A stretch of DNA of 15,432 nt from Thermoplasmata archaeon (GTDB lineage: Archaea > Thermoplasmatota > Thermoplasmata > RBG-16-68-12 > JAGMCJ01). The notes beneath the pieces are model-generated. The model saw only the letters and a program-made list of their open reading frames with translations, did no database searches and had not been told where the DNA came from. The stretch is taken from positions 1-15,432 of the forward strand of contig JAGMCJ010000194.1 in assembly GCA_023129265.1 (NCBI GenBank). The letters run 5' to 3'. This document shows positions 12,204 through 15,432 of the stretch, one piece after another. How positions within the stretch are numbered: position 1 is the stretch's first letter; each line of letters opens with the position of its first letter. Made by a program: the position numbers and the translations under genes.

Positions 12204-13352
12204 ATGATATTGCCTCATTCAGAGACGACTCGTATGCCAGAGGATTTCATTGTCACGCCATGGGAGGTCAAAGGCGAGATCGACTACGACAAGCTAGTGG
12301 AAAGGTTCGGGACCCAATTGGTCTCCCAGGAGATTCTGGACAGATTGGAGAAGCATGCCTCCCCCCTGCACCACCTCTTGAGGAGGGGGATTTTCTATTC
12401 GCATCGCGACTTCAATCGAGTCTTGGATGACTACGAGAAGGGCAACGGTTTCTTCCTGTACACGGGTCGCGGTCCCTCGGGCCACAACCATCTGGGCCAT
12501 ATGCTGCCGTGGATTCTCACGAAATGGCTTCAGGACCACTTCAAGGTCAAGTTCTACTTCCAGCTGACGGACGATGAGAAGTTCATGTTCAACGATGGCC
12601 TCACGAAGGAGGATACTAAGAAGTATGCTTACGAGAATATGCTGGATGTCATTGCTTTGGGATTCGACCCCAAGCTGACGAGGATATTCCTGGATACGGA
12701 GCTGATTCACACGCTCTATCCGATTGCCATTGACATTGCCAGGAAAATCAACTTCTCGAAGGTCCGCGCGGTCTTCGGCTTCAACAGCAGCCACAACATC
12801 GGAAGCATCTTCTACACGAGCATGCAGGCGGTTCCCTGTTTTCTCGAATCGGTGCTCGAGGGCAGGAACATCGCTTGTCTGATTCCCTGCGGAATAGACC
12901 AGGACCCTCATTTCAGGATTGCCCGAGATGTCGCTCCCTTGCTCGGGTACTACAAGCCAGCACTCCTGCACAACAAGCTGCTCCCGAGCCTGGCGGGGGG
13001 AGACAAGATGTCCGCCTCGCTTCCCCACACGAGCGTGTTCACAACGGACAAGCCTGATGACGTGAGGAAGAAGATAGTCAACGCCTTCACGGGCGGGCGG
13101 GTCTCCGTTGATGAGCAGAGGAAACTGGGAGCCAATCCAGACATCTGCACGGTCTATCACTACTACATGTACTTCTTCATGCCGGAGGATGATGAGCTGA
13201 GAGACATCTATCTCAAATGCAAGGGCGGTGAGATCCTCTGCGGGGAATGCAAACAGATACTCATCGAAAAGATCAACGAGTTCTTGAGGGAACACCAGGA
13301 AAAGCGTGAAGAAGCCAAGGACAGGATCGAGGAATTCATATTCCGGGACTGA
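12204..13352 (+). CDS. trpS: Tryptophan--tRNA ligase (archaeal/eukaryotic type, class I)
   Basis: 382 aa. FIVTPWEVKGEIDYDKLVERFG, FFLYTGRGPSGHNHLGHMLPW (HIGH-type motif), QLTDDEKF and GGDKMSASLP (KMSAS variant of KMSKS) are the archaeal/eukaryal TrpRS hallmarks. An in-frame ATG at 12234 (MPEDFIVTPWEV) is an alternative start. Confidence 0.92.
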   Translation: MILPHSETTRMPEDFIVTPWEVKGEIDYDKLVERFGTQLVSQEILDRLEKHASPLHHLLRRGIFYSHRDFNRVLDDYEKGNGFFLYTGRGPSGHNHLGHMLPWILTKWLQDHFKVKFYFQLTDDEKFMFNDGLTKEDTKKYAYENMLDVIALGFDPKLTRIFLDTELIHTLYPIAIDIARKINFSKVRAVFGFNSSHNIGSIFYTSMQAVPCFLESVLEGRNIACLIPCGIDQDPHFRIARDVAPLLGYYKPALLHNKLLPSLAGGDKMSASLPHTSVFTTDKPDDVRKKIVNAFTGGRVSVDEQRKLGANPDICTVYHYYMYFFMPEDDELRDIYLKCKGGEILCGECKQILIEKINEFLREHQEKREEAKDRIEEFIFRD

Positions 13353-13364
13353 AAAGAATAAATC
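13352..13364 (+). promoter_or_regulatory. BRE/TATA-like element for pheS
   Basis: AAAAG-AATAAAT-C begins in the trpS stop codon. The TATA centre (~13360) is 28 nt before ATG 13388, and no SD is visible. This suggests a leaderless pheS transcript. Confidence 0.35.
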
Positions 13365-13387
13365 GCAAGTGACCTTTCGTGATTGTG

Positions 13388-14914
13388 ATGGATGTCGACG
13401 ACCTGATGGACGAGCTGAGCCTCCTCGAGAAGAGAGTCCTCCTCGCGTTCGGAGATGCCAGCTCGGCTGCTCCGGAGGAGCTTCTGAAGCGCGGAGGGTT
13501 CGCGGAGCTCGTCGAGGTCATGAACGCCTCCTCCTGGCTCCAATCCAAGGGACTCGTCACGATGAAGGAGAAGGTCGTCAGCTACTACTCTCTGGCCAAG
13601 AAGCAGTGGGCGACGAAGAACCTTCCCGAGAGAAGAGCGCTGAAGGCTCTGAGAAAAGCCAGGGGAAGGGTAGACCTCGGAACACTTCAGAAGATGGCAC
13701 GGCTCTCGCCGAAGGAGGTCAAGATCGCCATCGGATGGATGAAGAGAAAGGTATGGGCGACGATAGAGAAGGAAGACGGTGGCACCGTTCTGGTCATCAC
13801 CGAACAAGGAAAGAAGGCGGTCACCGAGAAGGGCAAGGACGAGGAACTCATTCGACGCCTCTCAGAGGGAGAGCTGTCCGAGAGCGACGTGGACCCCGCA
13901 ACAATCGGAATGCTGCTGAGAAGGCAGGATGTGGTCAGGGAAAGGGAAAGGGTCCTCCGCGAGGTCTCGCTCACGAACCTGGGAAAGGAGTGCATTCGAA
14001 AGGGTGTCAAAATAGGCGAGGAGGTCGCACAGCTGACCCCAGAGCTGTTGCAGACAGGGAAGTGGAAGGAGGTCAGCTTCAGGAAGTACGACATAGATGC
14101 CTTTGCCCCACCTGTCTTTGGCGGGAAGAAGCATCCCCTCGTTGAGTACATCAGAAAGGTCAAGCGAATCTTTGCGGAGATGGGCTTCGAGGAGATCGAG
14201 GGCGACTTCGTCGAGCTCTCTTTTTGGGACTTCGATGCGCTCTTCCAGCCTCAGGACCATCCCGCACGGGACATGCAGGACACGTTCTACCTGTCAGACC
14301 CAAAGACGCTGCCCCTTCCTCCGGAGGAGCTGGTCCAGAGAATCAAGGAGATGCACGAATCTGGCGGGGATACTGCCTCCGACGGCTGGAAGTACGACTG
14401 GGATGTCGACGAGGCGAAGAAGGCGATATTGAGGACTCACACAACGGTGAACACGCTCAGATATCTGTCGGAACACCCCGACCCGCCCGTCAAGGTCTTC
14501 TCTGTCGGCAGGGTTTTCAGGCGGGAGGCGATGGATCCGAAGCATCTTCCCGAGTTCATTCAGGTCGAAGGAATCGTGATGGAGGAGGGGGCCAATCTCG
14601 CCATGCTCATCGGTGTGTTGAAGGAGTTCTACAGGAGAATCGGATACGACAAAATCAACATCAGACCCGGCTATTTCCCATACACAGAGCCTAGCCTTGA
14701 GGTGGAGATGTACTTGGACGGAAAGTGGGTCGAGCTCGGCGGTGCCGGGATATTCAGGCCAGAAGTCACCAATCCGTTCGGCGTGAAACATCCTGTCCTT
14801 GCCTGGGGACTCGGCCTCGAGAGGCTGGTCATGGCCCTCACGAACACGACAGACATGCGAACTATATACGTGAGTGACATAGAATGGCTGAAGAAAGCCA
14901 AACCCATATTCTGA
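13388..14914 (+). CDS. pheS: Phenylalanine--tRNA ligase alpha subunit (archaeal type with N-terminal winged-helix region)
   Basis: This is track ORF 13379..14914, whose start is a GTG. ATG 13388 (MDVDDLMDELSLLEKRVL) is preferred. The class II core reads HPLVEYIRKVKRIFAEMGFEE, FWDFDALFQPQDHPARDMQDTFYL, LRTHTTVNTLRYL, FSVGRVFRRE, FIQVEGIVMEEG, RPGYFPYTEPSLEVE and GAGIFRPEV..P......VLAWGLGLERL. Confidence 0.93.
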   Translation: MDVDDLMDELSLLEKRVLLAFGDASSAAPEELLKRGGFAELVEVMNASSWLQSKGLVTMKEKVVSYYSLAKKQWATKNLPERRALKALRKARGRVDLGTLQKMARLSPKEVKIAIGWMKRKVWATIEKEDGGTVLVITEQGKKAVTEKGKDEELIRRLSEGELSESDVDPATIGMLLRRQDVVRERERVLREVSLTNLGKECIRKGVKIGEEVAQLTPELLQTGKWKEVSFRKYDIDAFAPPVFGGKKHPLVEYIRKVKRIFAEMGFEEIEGDFVELSFWDFDALFQPQDHPARDMQDTFYLSDPKTLPLPPEELVQRIKEMHESGGDTASDGWKYDWDVDEAKKAILRTHTTVNTLRYLSEHPDPPVKVFSVGRVFRREAMDPKHLPEFIQVEGIVMEEGANLAMLIGVLKEFYRRIGYDKINIRPGYFPYTEPSLEVEMYLDGKWVELGGAGIFRPEVTNPFGVKHPVLAWGLGLERLVMALTNTTDMRTIYVSDIEWLKKAKPIF

Positions 14915-15205
14915 CTACACTTGGGAAATCTTGGATCTCCCCTGAAGACTGATCTTGTAGGGCATCCTTAGGATCTTCAAAACGTAGCTGGCTCGGTTCA
15001 AGGCTTCGAGCATCTTCATGACCCGGCTCAAGTCACCGATATCGAACTCCTTCTCTGATAGCGGATAGACGAGCCTGTCCCCCCGAACCCTCCAACCGTA
15101 GGGACGTGTTGCGGAAACGACAGACCGCGGTGGATTCTTCGCTCCCTCAACCCTCAACTCTAGATAGGCGCCAGATATCATGATTTCAGCCATTATGTAG
15201 AGCAT
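14915..15205 (-). CDS. Hypothetical small protein (96 aa), no family recognised
   Basis: ATG at 15205 (a second in-frame ATG gives MAEIMISGAYLELRVEG...). Codon usage resembles neighbouring genes, and the stop abuts the pheS stop (convergent, zero gap). No motif recognised by eye. A TATA-like ATAATTTT (complement of 15231-15238) lies ~30 nt upstream. Confidence 0.5.
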   Translation of the reverse strand: MLYIMAEIMISGAYLELRVEGAKNPPRSVVSATRPYGWRVRGDRLVYPLSEKEFDIGDLSRVMKMLEALNRASYVLKILRMPYKISLQGRSKISQV

Positions 15206-15233
15206 TCTGAGTTGTTAAGCCACTTTCGTCAAA

Positions 15234-15251
15234 ATTATCATCCATGATAAT
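15234..15251. promoter_or_regulatory. Perfect 18-bp palindrome ATTATCAT-CC-ATGATAAT in a divergent promoter spacer
   Basis: ATTATCAT (15234-15241) and ATGATAAT (15244-15251) are exact reverse complements around a CC centre. The palindrome overlaps the TATA-like element of the 96-aa gene. It lies ~70 nt upstream of the TPR gene ATG. Confidence 0.5.
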
Positions 15252-15318
15252 CTCGTTTCCGACTCCTGACCAAACTTTTATCTCGGTGTTGTCAATACGA
15301 CATTCGAGAGGACTGCTC

Positions 15319-15432
15319 ATGAAGGAAGCTGAGGAAGAAATCGCCGACGGCGAGAGGCTATTGGGGATGTACCAGTACGATGATGCCCTCAAGCATTTCA
15401 ACAAGGCAATGAAGATGGACCCGAAGAACGCG
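15319..15432 (+). CDS. TPR-repeat protein, N-terminal 38 codons only (runs off the right window edge)
   Basis: Not in the track because it has no stop in the window. ATG 15319 is preceded by GAGAGGA 7 nt upstream. It translates as MKEAEEEIADGERLLGMYQYDDALKHFNKAMKMDPKNA, a textbook TPR helix pair (Y..A...F.KA....P.NA). The antisense track ORF 15186..15404 is therefore considered spurious. Confidence 0.6.
   Translation, partial: MKEAEEEIADGERLLGMYQYDDALKHFNKAMKMDPKNA

Noticed and set aside
12294-13295. 333-aa minus-strand ORF antisense to trpS
   Set aside because: trpS on the plus strand carries unmistakable class I motifs, and the antisense product has no recognisable features.
13306-14145. 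279-aa plus-strand ORF, out of frame within pheS (R/G/E-rich)
   Set aside because: It is a low-complexity alternative frame of a well-supported pheS gene. The same reasoning applies to 13208..13807, 13687..14163, 13862..14260 and 14294..14791 on the minus strand.
15186-15404. 72-aa minus-strand ORF at the right end
   Set aside because: The plus strand here starts a TPR protein with an SD and a classic TPR motif. The minus ORF would also overlap the 96-aa gene's start and promoter.
1-15432. CRISPR arrays, transposases or IS ends, integrases, rRNA
   Set aside because: No regularly spaced direct repeats, no terminal inverted repeats flanking an ORF, and no recognisable recombinase or rRNA sequence were seen on either strand.

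Overview
The window looks like an archaeal chromosomal segment of about 55% GC. Evidence: a eL18 (L18e)-uL13-uS9-RpoN (Rpb10) operon, archaeal/eukaryotic-type TrpRS and PheRS-alpha, BRE/TATA-like promoters, and SD motifs embedded in upstream stop codons. The lineage cannot be determined from sequence alone.

Gene content, left to right:
- Two co-directional minus-strand genes for secreted surface proteins: a partial CARDB protein (not in the ORF track) and a ~1560-aa BNR/Asp-box + 2xLTD + VWA + FN3-like giant.
- A CoA-binding (YccU-like) gene broken by two 1-nt homopolymer frameshifts.
- The r-protein/rpoN operon.
- An endonuclease-IV-like TIM-barrel gene translationally coupled to 6-phospho-3-hexuloisomerase.
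- A compact four-gene minus-strand operon encoding a ThiF/E1-like enzyme, a beta-grasp ubiquitin-like protein ending in GG-stop, a canonical UBC-type E2 (HPN + Cys) and an Rpn11-type JAMM metalloprotease.
- trpS, pheS, a small orphan gene and the start of a TPR protein (also not in the track).

The E1-Ubl-E2-JAMM cassette is the main item of interest. It is a complete eukaryote-like ubiquitylation/deubiquitylation toolkit with no recognisable E3, sitting among translation genes.

I saw no rRNA, tRNA, CRISPR array or transposase. Many long track ORFs are antisense or out-of-frame shadows typical of GC-rich coding DNA. All domain calls come from motif reading by eye, with no database search.
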